A stretch of 64,000 nucleotides of DNA, from NCBI GenBank assembly GCA_948473335.1, contig CAOKXF010000001.1, forward strand, positions 265,981 through 329,980. The letters are read 5' to 3'. Positions 9,364-19,905 of this stretch are shown here, one piece after another. Source of the DNA: an uncultured Clostridium sp. Lineage in GTDB: Bacteria > Bacillota > Clostridia > TANB77 > CAG-508. The notes below the pieces were generated by a model, which worked only from the letters and a program-made list of their open reading frames with translations, was not told the origin of the DNA and ran no database searches. The position numbers were made by a program, and so were the translations under genes. The stretch's first letter is position 1. The number at the start of each line of letters is the position of its first letter.

Positions 9364-10362
9364 TTATGAAATTACATCCATAGTTTTAAAAATGTCTCCA
9401 CAATGCTTCTTTTTTGCTTGTTTATACAATTCTCCATCTCTTTTTGAAATTGTTGTATTTTTTATTCCGTCTCTTGTACATAATCTCATATTAATAAATC
9501 CACTTTTAATTATAGGATGCCTTAAAATTCTGGACATGTTTTTTTCTAAATTTACTTTTTCTTTTGAAACAGCAATATACGAAAATTTCTCATCTTCATA
9601 TGGAGCATCGCCATCTTTCAATATTTTATGTATTTTAGTTCTTTGTATTCTGCAAGTTGAATGACACCAGTCATTTGATGGCAATTTACATTCTTCTTGT
9701 GTAACACAAGGAGCTAAAACATATAAACTTTGTTTTATACAATATTTTTTTATTTCTTTTATAATTTGATGACCTTCTGGTGTTCCTGGTTCTATTATTA
9801 ATAATATTTCATTAGTAGCTCTTATTAATTTTTCTATAGCTTTTATCCTATCCTCTTTTTTTAATTCATTTGTCATATATGAAGCAATTACTAAATCCGC
9901 ATGTCCTGTTATATCTTCTTTTTCTTTTACTATATCTATATTAATCCATTTTGTTTCTTTCAAAATCTTGTCATTATTCATTAACTTCATACCAACTTTT
10001 CGCATATTTACATCTTTTTCTATGCATGTAATTTGCTTGAAATTAATCAAATCCCTAACTGCCCAACTTCCTGCGCCTGTTCCTGCTCCTACATCTAATA
10101 CAGTCTCTATTTTTATTTTTTCTTCTTTTTCTGTTAATTCTAGTATATGTTTTAATGCTGTTGCTACTGCTGCATATGTTGCTGGCATTCTTATAATTGA
10201 ATACACGATTGCTTGTTGTTCATTTGTTATAAAACTTTCACCTGTTCTTTTCTGATTCATATATCTATAGCTTAAACTTTTTGCTTCTTCTTTTAATTCA
10301 GATATCTTTGATTTTTGAATTTCTTTTTCTATTGCACTTTCTAATATTTTTGGTATTTCCAT
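9364..10362 (-). CDS. Class I SAM-dependent methyltransferase, Rsm22-like, with a C-terminal Cys cluster
   Basis: 332 aa. LDVGAGTGAGSWAV is a SAM motif I. The C-terminal LAPCVTQEEC...WCHSTCRIQRT is typical of bacterial Rsm22-family proteins. Confidence 0.55.
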   Translation of the reverse strand: MEIPKILESAIEKEIQKSKISELKEEAKSLSYRYMNQKRTGESFITNEQQAIVYSIIRMPATYAAVATALKHILELTEKEEKIKIETVLDVGAGTGAGSWAVRDLINFKQITCIEKDVNMRKVGMKLMNNDKILKETKWINIDIVKEKEDITGHADLVIASYMTNELKKEDRIKAIEKLIRATNEILLIIEPGTPEGHQIIKEIKKYCIKQSLYVLAPCVTQEECKLPSNDWCHSTCRIQRTKIHKILKDGDAPYEDEKFSYIAVSKEKVNLEKNMSRILRHPIIKSGFINMRLCTRDGIKNTTISKRDGELYKQAKKKHCGDIFKTMDVIS

Positions 10363-10396
10363 ATTATTGCCTCATTTATTATATATTAATTATATA

Positions 10397-10708
10397 TTAT
10401 ATTAATTCATTTATAAGTGTTTCTTTATCTTGCACTCCAACATATTTATTAATAATTCTTCCATTTTTTATTATAAGCAAAGTTGGTATATTTGTTATTT
10501 TAAATTGACTCGCTAGATAAGATTCTTCTTCTACATTTACTTTTCCTACTTTTGCCTTTTCTCCAACTTCTTCTGCTATTTGATCTATTATTGGTGACAT
10601 CATTCTACAAGGTCCACACCATTCTGCCCAAAAATCTAATAATACTGTTTTCTCTGATTTTTCTACCTCCTCTGAAAAATTATCCATTGTTATTTTTACT
10701 ACGCTCAT
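10397..10708 (-). CDS. trxA: Thioredoxin
   Basis: 103 aa with the WCGPC active site. Confidence 0.92.
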   Translation of the reverse strand: MSVVKITMDNFSEEVEKSEKTVLLDFWAEWCGPCRMMSPIIDQIAEEVGEKAKVGKVNVEEESYLASQFKITNIPTLLIIKNGRIINKYVGVQDKETLINELI

Positions 10709-10731
10709 TTTTTTATCCTCCTTTTTATAAT

Positions 10732-11604
10732 TTAATTATTATTTTTTAAAAAATTTATAATCTCTGTTGCTGCCTTAGCTCCTTCATATACTGCTTTCGA
10801 AATTTGTAATAGACCACCTGTACAGTCTCCAGCAGCATATAAACCTTTTATTGTAGTTTGCATATTTTCATTAACGATTATTCTATTATTTTCGGTTTTA
10901 GCACCAATTTTTTTGGCTAAGTCTACACTGCTTGCAACACCATTAGCAATAAATAATCCATCAATTTGAATTTGTGTATCATTTTTTAGTTTTACAGCTT
11001 TTACTGTATCGTCTCCAATAATTTCTTCTATCTCTTTTTGATTTATCTTCAAATTATCATTTAGTTGAATTTCAGGTGTTATTTCAAATTCAATTGGTTT
11101 TCCATTTGTTAATATTGTAACTGTATTCACAATATTTTGTAAATATTTCGCTTCATGAATTGCATATTTACCATTTCCTAATACTGCTATATTTTTTCCT
11201 CTATAGAAAAATGCATCGCAAATTGCGCAATAGCTTATTCCTTTATTCTCAAAATCTTTTAATCCCTTTATATACGGTAAAGGTCTATTTACTCCTGTTG
11301 CTAATATTACAGTTTTTGCTTCATATTCACTATTATTTGTTGTTACTATGAAATTATTATTATAGTTTATGCTCAAAACTTCTTCTGTTAATATTTCTAC
11401 TTCTAAATTCTTTGCTTGATTTACTCCTGTTTCTAGTATTTTTTCTCCACTTTCTATAATTCCATAATAGTTTTCTACTTTTTGTGCTTTTTTTAATGCT
11501 CCTTCATCTTTACCTATTACAACTACTTTTAAATTTGCCCTTTTTATATATAGTGATGCTGATATTCCAGCTGGTCCCTTCCCTATTATTATAACATCAT
11601 ACAT
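10732..11604 (-). CDS. trxB: Thioredoxin-disulfide reductase-like flavoprotein (short form)
   Basis: 290 aa. Has an FAD GxGxxG motif at the N-terminus and the redox CAIC motif (YCAICDAFFY). Directly upstream of trxA. Confidence 0.7.
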   Translation of the reverse strand: MYDVIIIGKGPAGISASLYIKRANLKVVVIGKDEGALKKAQKVENYYGIIESGEKILETGVNQAKNLEVEILTEEVLSINYNNNFIVTTNNSEYEAKTVILATGVNRPLPYIKGLKDFENKGISYCAICDAFFYRGKNIAVLGNGKYAIHEAKYLQNIVNTVTILTNGKPIEFEITPEIQLNDNLKINQKEIEEIIGDDTVKAVKLKNDTQIQIDGLFIANGVASSVDLAKKIGAKTENNRIIVNENMQTTIKGLYAAGDCTGGLLQISKAVYEGAKAATEIINFLKNNN

Positions 11605-11654
11605 AATAATTCCTTCTTTTTATTTATATTATAATATTTTTAATATATGTAATT

Positions 11655-12476
11655 TTATTCATTTATAATTTTATTTATCAAAGAAAAAATTATAAATGCT
11701 ATCAAATTTACAATAACAATAGTTGCTCCTGTGCTTATATTATACACATATGATAAATATATTCCTATCAAAAACGATACTATACTTATTATACTTGAAC
11801 TTATTACAACACTTTTAAATGTCTTAAAGATTCTCATTGATGTTAATGCTGGAAATATTATTATGCTACTTATTAACATTGTTCCCATCATTCTCATTCC
11901 TACAACAATTACTATGGCCGTAAGGATTGCTATCAAATTTGTATATCTTTTTACATTCAAACCACTTGCTGTTGCGAATTCTTCATCAAATGTTATTAAA
12001 AATACTTTTCTATAATATATTATAAATAGTGTTGCAATTAATATACTTACAAGTACACTCAATATTACATCATTTTGATTCATTGCAAGTATGCTTCCAA
12101 ACATAAAATTACACAAATCTGTATTCAAACCTGTTGTTATTGATGTTATGGCAACACCTATTGCTAATGCGGAACTTGATATTAGCGCTATTGCACTATC
12201 ACTTTTTATTTTACTATTATTTCCTATTTTTAATAACACTATTGCTGATATTACTACACCAGGTATTGCTATGTATAAAGGTGATGAAAGTCCGAATGCT
12301 GCTGATATTGACACTATGCCAAATCCAACATGAGATAATCCATCTCCAATCATGCTATATCTTTTTAATACTAAACTTACACCTAGTATAGCTGCACACA
12401 AACTTATCAATACTCCTACTAAAATTGCTCTTTGAATAAATGCATGACTCATCATTTCGCATATTGTTGTTATCAT
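11655..12476 (-). CDS. znuB: Metal (zinc) ABC transporter permease, ABC-3 family
   Basis: 273 aa with multiple TM segments. Last gene of the zur-znuACB cluster. Confidence 0.8.
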   Translation of the reverse strand: MITTICEMMSHAFIQRAILVGVLISLCAAILGVSLVLKRYSMIGDGLSHVGFGIVSISAAFGLSSPLYIAIPGVVISAIVLLKIGNNSKIKSDSAIALISSSALAIGVAITSITTGLNTDLCNFMFGSILAMNQNDVILSVLVSILIATLFIIYYRKVFLITFDEEFATASGLNVKRYTNLIAILTAIVIVVGMRMMGTMLISSIIIFPALTSMRIFKTFKSVVISSSIISIVSFLIGIYLSYVYNISTGATIVIVNLIAFIIFSLINKIINE

Positions 12477-13159
12477 TGTTTTACACCTCCCTGTTTATAT
12501 TCAGTTGGTGTTCCTATAAATTCAACTTTCCCTTGTTTTATTTCTATTACTGTATCTGCATATTTTAATGCTCTTTCTGTATCATGTGATACCATTAAAA
12601 TAGTTAAATTTTTTTCTGTCTTTAATTTATATAATATTTCATATATTTGTTTTGCTATATTTGGATCCAATCCGTTTGTTGGTTCATCTAACACTATTAT
12701 CTGATTTGTTGCACACATTGCTCTTGCAATCAGTACTCTTTGTTGCTGTCCTCCTGATAAATCTGCAAAGCATTTTTTCCTCAAATCATATATTTGTAAT
12801 TCCTCCATAACTTCTTTTGCTTTTTCTTTATCTTTTTTTTTGTAAAATATACTTTTTGCATTATTGGGGATTGTACCAGATAGTACTATTTCTTCGACAG
12901 AAGCTGGAAAATTACTTTGTATTTCTGTTTTTTGTGGCAAATATCCTATTTGTGTTTCTTTTTTTATTTCTCCTGTATATGTTTTATTTAGTCCTACTAT
13001 ACATTTCAATAATGTGCTTTTCCCTGAACCATTTTCCCCTACTATACAAGTAAAACTGCCTTTTTTTACATCAATATTTATATTTCTTAAGGTGTCTTTT
13101 TTTGTAGGATAGCTGTATGATAGTTCTTTGATTTCTATTAAATTCATTATTTCCTCCAC
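12473..13159 (-). CDS. znuC: Metal (zinc) ABC transporter ATP-binding protein
   Basis: Walker A (GENGSGKSTL) and signature (LSGGQQQRVLIARA) motifs. Overlaps znuB by 4 nt. Confidence 0.85.
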   Translation of the reverse strand: MEEIMNLIEIKELSYSYPTKKDTLRNINIDVKKGSFTCIVGENGSGKSTLLKCIVGLNKTYTGEIKKETQIGYLPQKTEIQSNFPASVEEIVLSGTIPNNAKSIFYKKKDKEKAKEVMEELQIYDLRKKCFADLSGGQQQRVLIARAMCATNQIIVLDEPTNGLDPNIAKQIYEILYKLKTEKNLTILMVSHDTERALKYADTVIEIKQGKVEFIGTPTEYKQGGVKQ

Positions 13160-13242
13160 TCATTTTTCTGTTCAGTTTTTATCGTATTTACATTTTTACA
13201 TTGCATAATACATTTTTCCCTATACAACCAGATTAAGTTTTC

Positions 13243-14316
13243 TTATTGTAAAGCCTTTTTTAGAACTTCTATATTTCTTGTCATTAAAGTTACCCATGTT
13301 TCTCCATTTTCAAAATCTGTTTTACTTATATTGTGTAAAGTTTGTATCTGCATTGCTTCTGCTCCATTTTGTGCTTCTTGTGCTATTATTTTAGCTATTT
13401 TACCTAATCCTAATTCACAATACAATATTACTGGAATATTTTCTTTTTTTACTGTATCTACTAAATATGCTATTGTTCTGCTGTTTGGATCTGTTTCTAT
13501 GCTACAACCATTAAATGCTGCTGATACCTCTAAATTATACTCTTCAATAAAATATTGCATTGGCATCTTGTCTCCAAATACTAGTCTATTTCTTACACTA
13601 TTATCTACTACTTCTTGAATTTCTTTCTTAACCTTTTGAATTTGTAATATATAATTTTGAGCATTTTCCCTATATTTTTCTATATTCTGATTATCCATTT
13701 CTTCTATTGATTTTTCTAATAGTTCAACCATTTTTATAGCTTTTGTTGGAGATGTCCATATATGTTCATCAAAAACTCCATTTGTATGTTGATGTTGCTC
13801 TCCTTCTAGCATGCTTCCTGTTTCATTTACATTTTCTAGGTTATTTGTTTCTAATTCTGTTACTCCTTGTATTTGTTGGTTATTTTCAGTATTGATATTT
13901 TCTTCTGCACCATCTACTCTCTTTTCTTCAGATAATTCTATGTTTTCTGATAAACATATAACTTTTGTATTTGATTTATCTAATAATTCCACTACTTTTT
14001 CTGCCCAAGGTTCTAAATCTTTTCCTATGTATACAAATAAATCTGCTCTTTGCATTTTTATTAAATCTTGTGAAGTTGGTTCATAGCTATGTGCTTCTTT
14101 TCCTGGCCCTAGCAAAAAAGATAGCTGTATTTGGTCTGTGTCTCCTATTATTGCTCTTATAAAATCATAACTCGCAAAATTACTTACTACTACTTGTATT
14201 TTATTGTTGTCTGTTTTTTTAGATGTATTGTTTGGTCTTTCATGCCCCATTATTGCTATTAAAAACATTATTATTATAGCTAATAATATACTTAAAATTA
14301 TCTTCTTTATATTCAT
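13243..14316 (-). CDS. znuA: Metal (zinc) ABC transporter substrate-binding lipoprotein, ZnuA-like, with an acidic/His loop
   Basis: 357 aa. Has a signal/lipobox-like N-terminus, the cluster-9 SBP fold, and a His/Glu-rich loop (EGEQHQHTNGVFDEH). Confidence 0.8.
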   Translation of the reverse strand: MNIKKIILSILLAIIIMFLIAIMGHERPNNTSKKTDNNKIQVVVSNFASYDFIRAIIGDTDQIQLSFLLGPGKEAHSYEPTSQDLIKMQRADLFVYIGKDLEPWAEKVVELLDKSNTKVICLSENIELSEEKRVDGAEENINTENNQQIQGVTELETNNLENVNETGSMLEGEQHQHTNGVFDEHIWTSPTKAIKMVELLEKSIEEMDNQNIEKYRENAQNYILQIQKVKKEIQEVVDNSVRNRLVFGDKMPMQYFIEEYNLEVSAAFNGCSIETDPNSRTIAYLVDTVKKENIPVILYCELGLGKIAKIIAQEAQNGAEAMQIQTLHNISKTDFENGETWVTLMTRNIEVLKKALQ

Positions 14317-14342
14317 GCTTTTTATTCCTTTCGACTTTTTAC

Positions 14343-14756
14343 TTATTTTTCTTTACTGCATTTGCTACATTCACTGCATTTTCCGTAAAATGTTACTTTA
14401 TCTAAATCTATGTAAAAGTTCTCTTTTTTCATTGCTTCTTTTTGTGTAGCTTCTATTTCCTTACTTTCAAAATGTAATAACTTGCCACAGTTTTCACATA
14501 TTAGATGATAGTGTTTTTGGCAATTATTTTTTTCTTTGTTATATTGATAGCAAAATCCTTGTGTATTTAATGGTATTTTTGTTATTATTCCTTCTTCTAC
14601 TAGTTTGTTAATGATTCTATATATCGTTGTTATCCCTACTTCTCCTTCTAATTCCTTTTGCATCTCTTCTATTGATATATGCTTATTTTGATTATTTTCT
14701 AAGTATTCTAATACTCTCTTTTTTTGTTTTGTGTTTCTTGTATTCTCCATTTTCAC
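14343..14756 (-). CDS. zur: Fur-family transcriptional regulator, probably Zur
   Basis: 137 aa. Has a Fur-type winged helix and two CxxC pairs (CENCGK...CSECSKC). Heads the zinc uptake operon. Confidence 0.8.
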   Translation of the reverse strand: MKMENTRNTKQKKRVLEYLENNQNKHISIEEMQKELEGEVGITTIYRIINKLVEEGIITKIPLNTQGFCYQYNKEKNNCQKHYHLICENCGKLLHFESKEIEATQKEAMKKENFYIDLDKVTFYGKCSECSKCSKEK

Positions 14757-14793
14757 TACTTCCTTTTTGTTTTTTTACATTTTGGAATTTTTT

Positions 14794-14818
14794 TATTATT
14801 GAAAATCATTTTCAATAA
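14794..14818. promoter_or_regulatory. Perfect 25-bp palindrome ATTATTGAAAATCATTTTCAATAAT; candidate Zur/Fur operator
   Basis: Exact inverted repeat centred on C, 38-62 nt upstream of the zur start. It is AT-rich with a TGAAAATCATTTTCA core, typical of Fur-family boxes. Confidence 0.55.
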
Positions 14819-15275
14819 TATCACACTTTTTCTTATTTTTCAATAAATTTTTGAGATTTTATTATGTTTTATTAAATTTTCTATAATTCATGAATTGACT
14901 ATATTATTAATATAGCATATCACTTGAGTAATTCAATTGTTATTAAAACAGTTTCAAAAGAACTGTAAAAGAAGAGAAGAGATTATGATATAAAAAAATA
15001 AAAAACAAAAAAGCACCTTGTTTATTAATGGGCGCATATCCGCGCCCATTAGTAAAACAGTTGAAATGAAAGGGATATATCGAATCGACTTAAATATATT
15101 GTATATGTAAAATAAAATATCATGTACTTGAATTTTAGTTGTGTAACACAAAGTTTTATGGTATTTCCTCCACATTCAAAACTAAAGTTTTCAACGCACA
15201 CATGCATAAAAAGTTTTCTATACAATAAAAAAATTGCTTTAGATTGTTATATCTAAAACAATTTTCTATACTTTA

Positions 15276-16199
15276 CTATAATACAAAAAACATGATAATA
15301 CTTATAAGTAATTGAACTAAGATAATTTTATTTGTAACTTTATAAATCTTTTCAATTTTATTCCTTCTCTTTTTAGCATCCCAGTTTCTTCCAATTTGCA
15401 CTTCAGAATGTTCAATATAATCATTGATGTCATCTTTATAGATAGACTTACTTGCAAATGAATCATATCCTGCATATCTTGTATCTGGCAATAAAGGTCT
15501 ATATAATGACATCATATACCAGTATGAAAGAACATTTCCTAGTAAAATGGCAATAAACCATTGCCCAAAAACTAGTACATATTTATTATTTATATATTCT
15601 GATAATATTTCTGGAATTGTATTTACATTAATCTTTAATAATAGATATATTATATATGATAATACTATTCCTATTGATATTGTAAAACATTGTGTTCTTA
15701 TTTTTCTAAATTTCATTGTTTTATCATATCGACTTTCATTATTCTCCAATATATTTATTACTTCTGAATACAAATTATGTGCTTCATTTTCTTGTTCATT
15801 TGTATCTACATTTATTGAAACATTATATTCTCTAAAATATAGTGATACATTAATTTTATTATAAATATCGTTTATAGTTGAGTTTTGTTTTTTTGTATAA
15901 AAACTAATATATAAATCAATGCTAATACTTTTGATTGCGCCTAATTGATTTAGATTTCCTATAAACCAATTGTAATCACTTTCTTTTATATTTTTTCCAT
16001 CTTTATATTCTATTGTATAGCTCATTGATGCTCTTCCATTTTCATATTCCCAATTTTTTTCTCCATATGGAATATCTTTATTTCTGTTTTCTTCTAATTC
16101 AAACTTTTTGCTATATTTGTCTTTGAAGTCTTCTAAATAATTTGCTGTTTCTATTATTGTTTCTATTGGTATTTGTTTGTTTACTATTTTATTATCCAT
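15276..16199 (-). CDS. Hypothetical protein with a C-terminal two-TM membrane domain
   Basis: 307-aa ORF. A soluble N-terminal domain is followed by two hydrophobic helices. No family recognised. Confidence 0.4.
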   Translation of the reverse strand: MDNKIVNKQIPIETIIETANYLEDFKDKYSKKFELEENRNKDIPYGEKNWEYENGRASMSYTIEYKDGKNIKESDYNWFIGNLNQLGAIKSISIDLYISFYTKKQNSTINDIYNKINVSLYFREYNVSINVDTNEQENEAHNLYSEVINILENNESRYDKTMKFRKIRTQCFTISIGIVLSYIIYLLLKINVNTIPEILSEYINNKYVLVFGQWFIAILLGNVLSYWYMMSLYRPLLPDTRYAGYDSFASKSIYKDDINDYIEHSEVQIGRNWDAKKRRNKIEKIYKVTNKIILVQLLISIIMFFVL

Positions 16200-16398
16200 T
16201 ATATCCTCTCCCTTTTTTATTATATATAATTTTTATAATAAGTCAACGATTTTTTACAATTATATATTTTTTTAAAATATCATTTATATGTATTCTTTAG
16301 ATATAAGTAATTTTATATACACTAAAAAAGCGCAGCCCTATAACTGCACTTTACAAATCTTTATAATCCATATAAAAACTTTATTAATGACTTATAAA

Positions 16399-17295
16399 TT
16401 ATTTGTTAATATATAAATTAGGATCTACATATTCAGAATTTAATAACATTTCAAAATGTAAATGAGATTCATCAGCAATTTCAAACACAGCAGATGTTCC
16501 AACTGTACCAAGAGTTTGTCCTTGTTTAACTTCTTCACCTTCAACAACAAATTCAGCAGTCAATAAATTTGAATAAACTGTCTCAAATCCTGCAGAATGT
16601 TCAACTATAACAGTTAACCCATATCTAGGGTCACTTTTAATAGCTTTTACTTTTCCGTCAGCAGAACATTTAACAACATCTCTACTATTTGCTTTTATAT
16701 CAAGAGCTTGATGCGTTAACCATTCTTGTAATGTCTCTGAGAAAACAAGATTTTCTTTAGAAAAACCTTTAAGTATTTCTCCTTCTGCTGGCATTATAAA
16801 TGATGGTTGAATATTACTTTCTGTGTTAGACACATTATTTTCTTCAGGTATATTATTTGCAATATTATCATCACCAGAATTATTTACTGTACTAGAATTT
16901 TCATTACTATTTGTATCACTTGTTTTATTCGCTTTAGAATTTTCATTATTTACGGAATTTGATGTTTCATTTGTTAAACTGTTGCTATTATCATTTTCTG
17001 TTTTACCAGTTTCATCATTTGTATTCTTGCTATCTTCCACTGATTTTCCAATAGAACTACTAGCACTTTCACTATCCTCATTCGTTTTTTTATCTACTTC
17101 AAGCGAATTATTATTTATTTCGTTTGAATTATCTTGTTTAGCTATTTGCTTATCAAGATTTGTCTTACTTTTGACAGAATTTGAAATCCAAATATACCCT
17201 ATTGAAATAACTACAATTGCAAATATAATTATCAATGAAACTATTACTCTATTTTCAAGTATATTTTCATCCATTCTATGACTTCTTTTACTCAT
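16399..17295 (-). CDS. spoIIQ: Membrane-anchored M23 (LytM) peptidase-domain protein, SpoIIQ-like
   Basis: N-terminal TM anchor and low-complexity N/S-rich linker. The C-terminal M23 domain has HLHFE. Sits next to spoIID, as in the clostridial spoIID-spoIIQ pair. Confidence 0.6.
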   Translation of the reverse strand: MSKRSHRMDENILENRVIVSLIIIFAIVVISIGYIWISNSVKSKTNLDKQIAKQDNSNEINNNSLEVDKKTNEDSESASSSIGKSVEDSKNTNDETGKTENDNSNSLTNETSNSVNNENSKANKTSDTNSNENSSTVNNSGDDNIANNIPEENNVSNTESNIQPSFIMPAEGEILKGFSKENLVFSETLQEWLTHQALDIKANSRDVVKCSADGKVKAIKSDPRYGLTVIVEHSAGFETVYSNLLTAEFVVEGEEVKQGQTLGTVGTSAVFEIADESHLHFEMLLNSEYVDPNLYINK

Positions 17296-17450
17296 ATTAA
17301 TCCTCCTTAAATTTTATTATTAATACAAGTATTTCCATTCTAAACAAAAATATACTTTAGTATAAAAAATAAGAATAAAAATTTCTTGAAATTTTTATTC
17401 TCAAGAAATCTTTTAGTTTTAAAACAAATTTTTAACAATAATATATGATT

Positions 17451-18470
17451 TTAATTTATATAAGAAATTTCAACTCCTGTATAAAAATGCTTTATAATTT
17501 CTTCAAAATTGCTACCCGATTTTGCCATACTATCAGCACCAGTTTGACTCATCCCTACACCATGACCATATCCAATTACTGAAAATGTTACATCATTATC
17601 AGTTCTTGAAATTTCAAAATTAGTAGATTTTAAACCCAATAAAGTCCTTGCCTCTGTCCCAGCCATTTCAACATTGCCAAATCTTACTGTTCTTACTCTA
17701 TTAGATTCTGTATAATCAATAATCTTAATAGATTCATTATTTGTAAAATCTATTTCTATATTAGAATATTTTTCCTTTATTTTATTTAATAAATCCTCAT
17801 TTGTAATAGTCACATTTGAGCTATATTGTGAATATCCATCTTCACCAGATGTTTGTACTGACTTTAAATATGGGTAATCAATACCTCCCCACATATTTAC
17901 AGAACTTTCAGTTATTCCACCACTATTTGAATGAAAAAAAGCATTTATTGGAGTTCCTCCATAAGTTACTATTTTTCCTGATGTTTCATCAACTGCAGAA
18001 ACTATCTTTTGCCAATTGGATTCTCTTTCCGCTTCCTCCCATTTATTTAAGCGTTCTTCTTTTGAAATCCATGCTTGGCAACATGCATACGAATCACACA
18101 TACCTGCACCTACATGTTTATCTGGGCTATTTCTTATTTGATATATTGTATAAGTTCTTGCTACTATTGCTTGTGCTTTTAACGCTTCTTTATCATAGGA
18201 TGCAGGCATTTCTGCTGACACTACTCCATATAAATATTCATCCATATTCAATTCTTCAACCTCTCCTGTTGCTGTATGTAATAATTTTACAGTTGAAAAG
18301 TCTTTATAATCATATGTTTGGGGTGGATTTTCTTCACTAACAATATTACTATTATCCTCTATTTTCGTTTCTTGCGATACTGGTCTCGCTTTATTTGTTT
18401 TTGTAAATAAGGCTGGTAATACAAAACAAATAAAAGCAAAACATATAAAATAGATAAGTATTTTTTTCAT
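17451..18470 (-). CDS. spoIID: Stage II sporulation protein D (lytic transglycosylase)
   Basis: 339 aa. Has the SpoIID/LytB domain motifs (VARTYTIYQI, SYACCQAW, FFHSNSGGITES). Confidence 0.85.
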   Translation of the reverse strand: MKKILIYFICFAFICFVLPALFTKTNKARPVSQETKIEDNSNIVSEENPPQTYDYKDFSTVKLLHTATGEVEELNMDEYLYGVVSAEMPASYDKEALKAQAIVARTYTIYQIRNSPDKHVGAGMCDSYACCQAWISKEERLNKWEEAERESNWQKIVSAVDETSGKIVTYGGTPINAFFHSNSGGITESSVNMWGGIDYPYLKSVQTSGEDGYSQYSSNVTITNEDLLNKIKEKYSNIEIDFTNNESIKIIDYTESNRVRTVRFGNVEMAGTEARTLLGLKSTNFEISRTDNDVTFSVIGYGHGVGMSQTGADSMAKSGSNFEEIIKHFYTGVEISYIN

Positions 18471-18556
18471 ATTGAATTTCCCTTCTTAAATATTCCAATA
18501 TTTTTATATTCTTATGTAACTATATTACTCAAAAACTTTATCTTTATTGTATATTC

Positions 18557-19289
18557 TTAAGCTTTTAATAAACTATTTTTCATTCTGTCTAATATTTTTC
18601 TTTCTATTCTAGATACTTGTACTTGGCTAATCCCTAAAATTTTTGAAACTTGGGTTTGTGTCTTTTCTCTATAAAATCTTAACAGAATAATCTCTCTATC
18701 TTTTTCATTTAAATCTTCAATTAATTTTTTTACAGTTAATTTATTTGTAATCATTGTTGCTTCATCTTTTTTTGATGATAGCTTATCTAGCAAACTAACT
18801 GTTTTATCAGTTTTATTATCAGAATATGTTGCTTCTTCTATTGAACTTACTGAATTTGATGCTTCTAATGCCATAGCAATATCTTCCTTTGGTATTTTTA
18901 ATTCTTCAGATATTTCTTTTATTGTTATCTCTCTTCCCTTTTCCATTTGAAATTTCCTTTGTAGTTCAAAAACTCTAGTAGCTAGCTCTTTTATACTTCT
19001 ACTTACTTTTATTGGTCCATCATCTCTTATAAATCTTTTTATTTCGCCTAAAATATATGGTACTGCATATGTTGATAGTCTAACTTCAAACGAAGTATCA
19101 AATCTTTTTATTGATTTTATAAATCCTAAACATCCTATTTGATATAAATCCTCTAGCTCATATCCTCTACCTGAAAATCTCTTTACTATATTCCATATTA
19201 GTCCGATTATTTACTTGAATTAATTTTGTCATTTCGTCTTGGTCTCCATTTTGAGCTTTTATAATACTTTCTGTAGTGTTTTCATACAC
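18557..19289 (-). pseudogene. sigF: Sporulation sigma factor sigma-F (SpoIIAC) with an apparent +1 frameshift at 19199
   Basis: The first 30 codons start at GTG 19289 (RBS GGAGG 9 nt upstream) and read MYENTTESIIKAQNGDQDEMTKLIQVNNR. The rest is in the +1 frame: LIWNIVKRFSGRGYELEDLYQIGCLGFIKSIKRFD...ISQVQVSRIERKIL, ending at 18557. The two parts are collinear with SigF. They join only if the c in aat aat Cgga cta is removed, which restores the conserved NNG-LIW. The ORF track shows only the 129-aa C-terminal piece. Confidence 0.75.
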
Positions 19290-19318
19290 AAGTATTTTCC
19301 TCCTTCTTTTTTGTATTC

Positions 19319-19864
19319 TTAGTTCATAATCTCGACTTCGCTATTTTCTACATCTTTCTCTATGGTAGTTTCTGCTCCACTCTCAATATTTATTGTAGAA
19401 TTAGCAATAATATGATTTTCTACATCATTTTTTATATTACTTTTTATCTTCTTTTTCATTGTAATTTTTGTTCCTAATCCCATAATTGATTCTATATTTA
19501 GTTCATCCATAAAACTTTCCATTATAGTAAACCCCATTCCTGACCTTTCAAGATTTGGTTTTGTCGTAAATAATGGTTGTTTTGCTAAATCTACATCTTC
19601 TATCCCCTTTCCATTATCTGATACTTCTATTATTACTATATCTTCTACTATTTGGCATTTTATCTTTACAATACCTTTTTTATCCTCATATCCATGAATG
19701 ATAGCATTTGTAACTGCCTCTGAAACAGCTGTCTTTATGTCTGCTAATTCTTCTATAGTTGGATCTAACTGAGCTACAAATGCAGCTACTGTTATTCTTG
19801 CAAATGCTTCATTATTTGATTTACTAATAAACTCTAAATTCATCTCATTATTTAAATCGTTCAT
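19319..19864 (-). CDS. spoIIAB: Anti-sigma F factor (serine kinase) SpoIIAB, with a C-terminal extension of about 35 aa
   Basis: 181 aa. Has the GHKL ATPase motifs ([26 protein letters not shown]). Canonical SpoIIAB is about 146 aa. Confidence 0.85.
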   Translation of the reverse strand: MNDLNNEMNLEFISKSNNEAFARITVAAFVAQLDPTIEELADIKTAVSEAVTNAIIHGYEDKKGIVKIKCQIVEDIVIIEVSDNGKGIEDVDLAKQPLFTTKPNLERSGMGFTIMESFMDELNIESIMGLGTKITMKKKIKSNIKNDVENHIIANSTINIESGAETTIEKDVENSEVEIMN

Positions 19865-19905
19865 TTTACCTCCACTTTGAACATAAAAGTTCTATTTCAA
19901 ATTTT

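Noticed and set aside
15005-15090. GC-rich palindrome TAATGGGCGC-atatcc-GCGCCCATTA as a regulatory site
   Set aside because: On the minus strand it is followed, after a short spacer, by T-runs and sits just 3' of the 307-aa membrane protein gene. It is most simply a rho-independent terminator.
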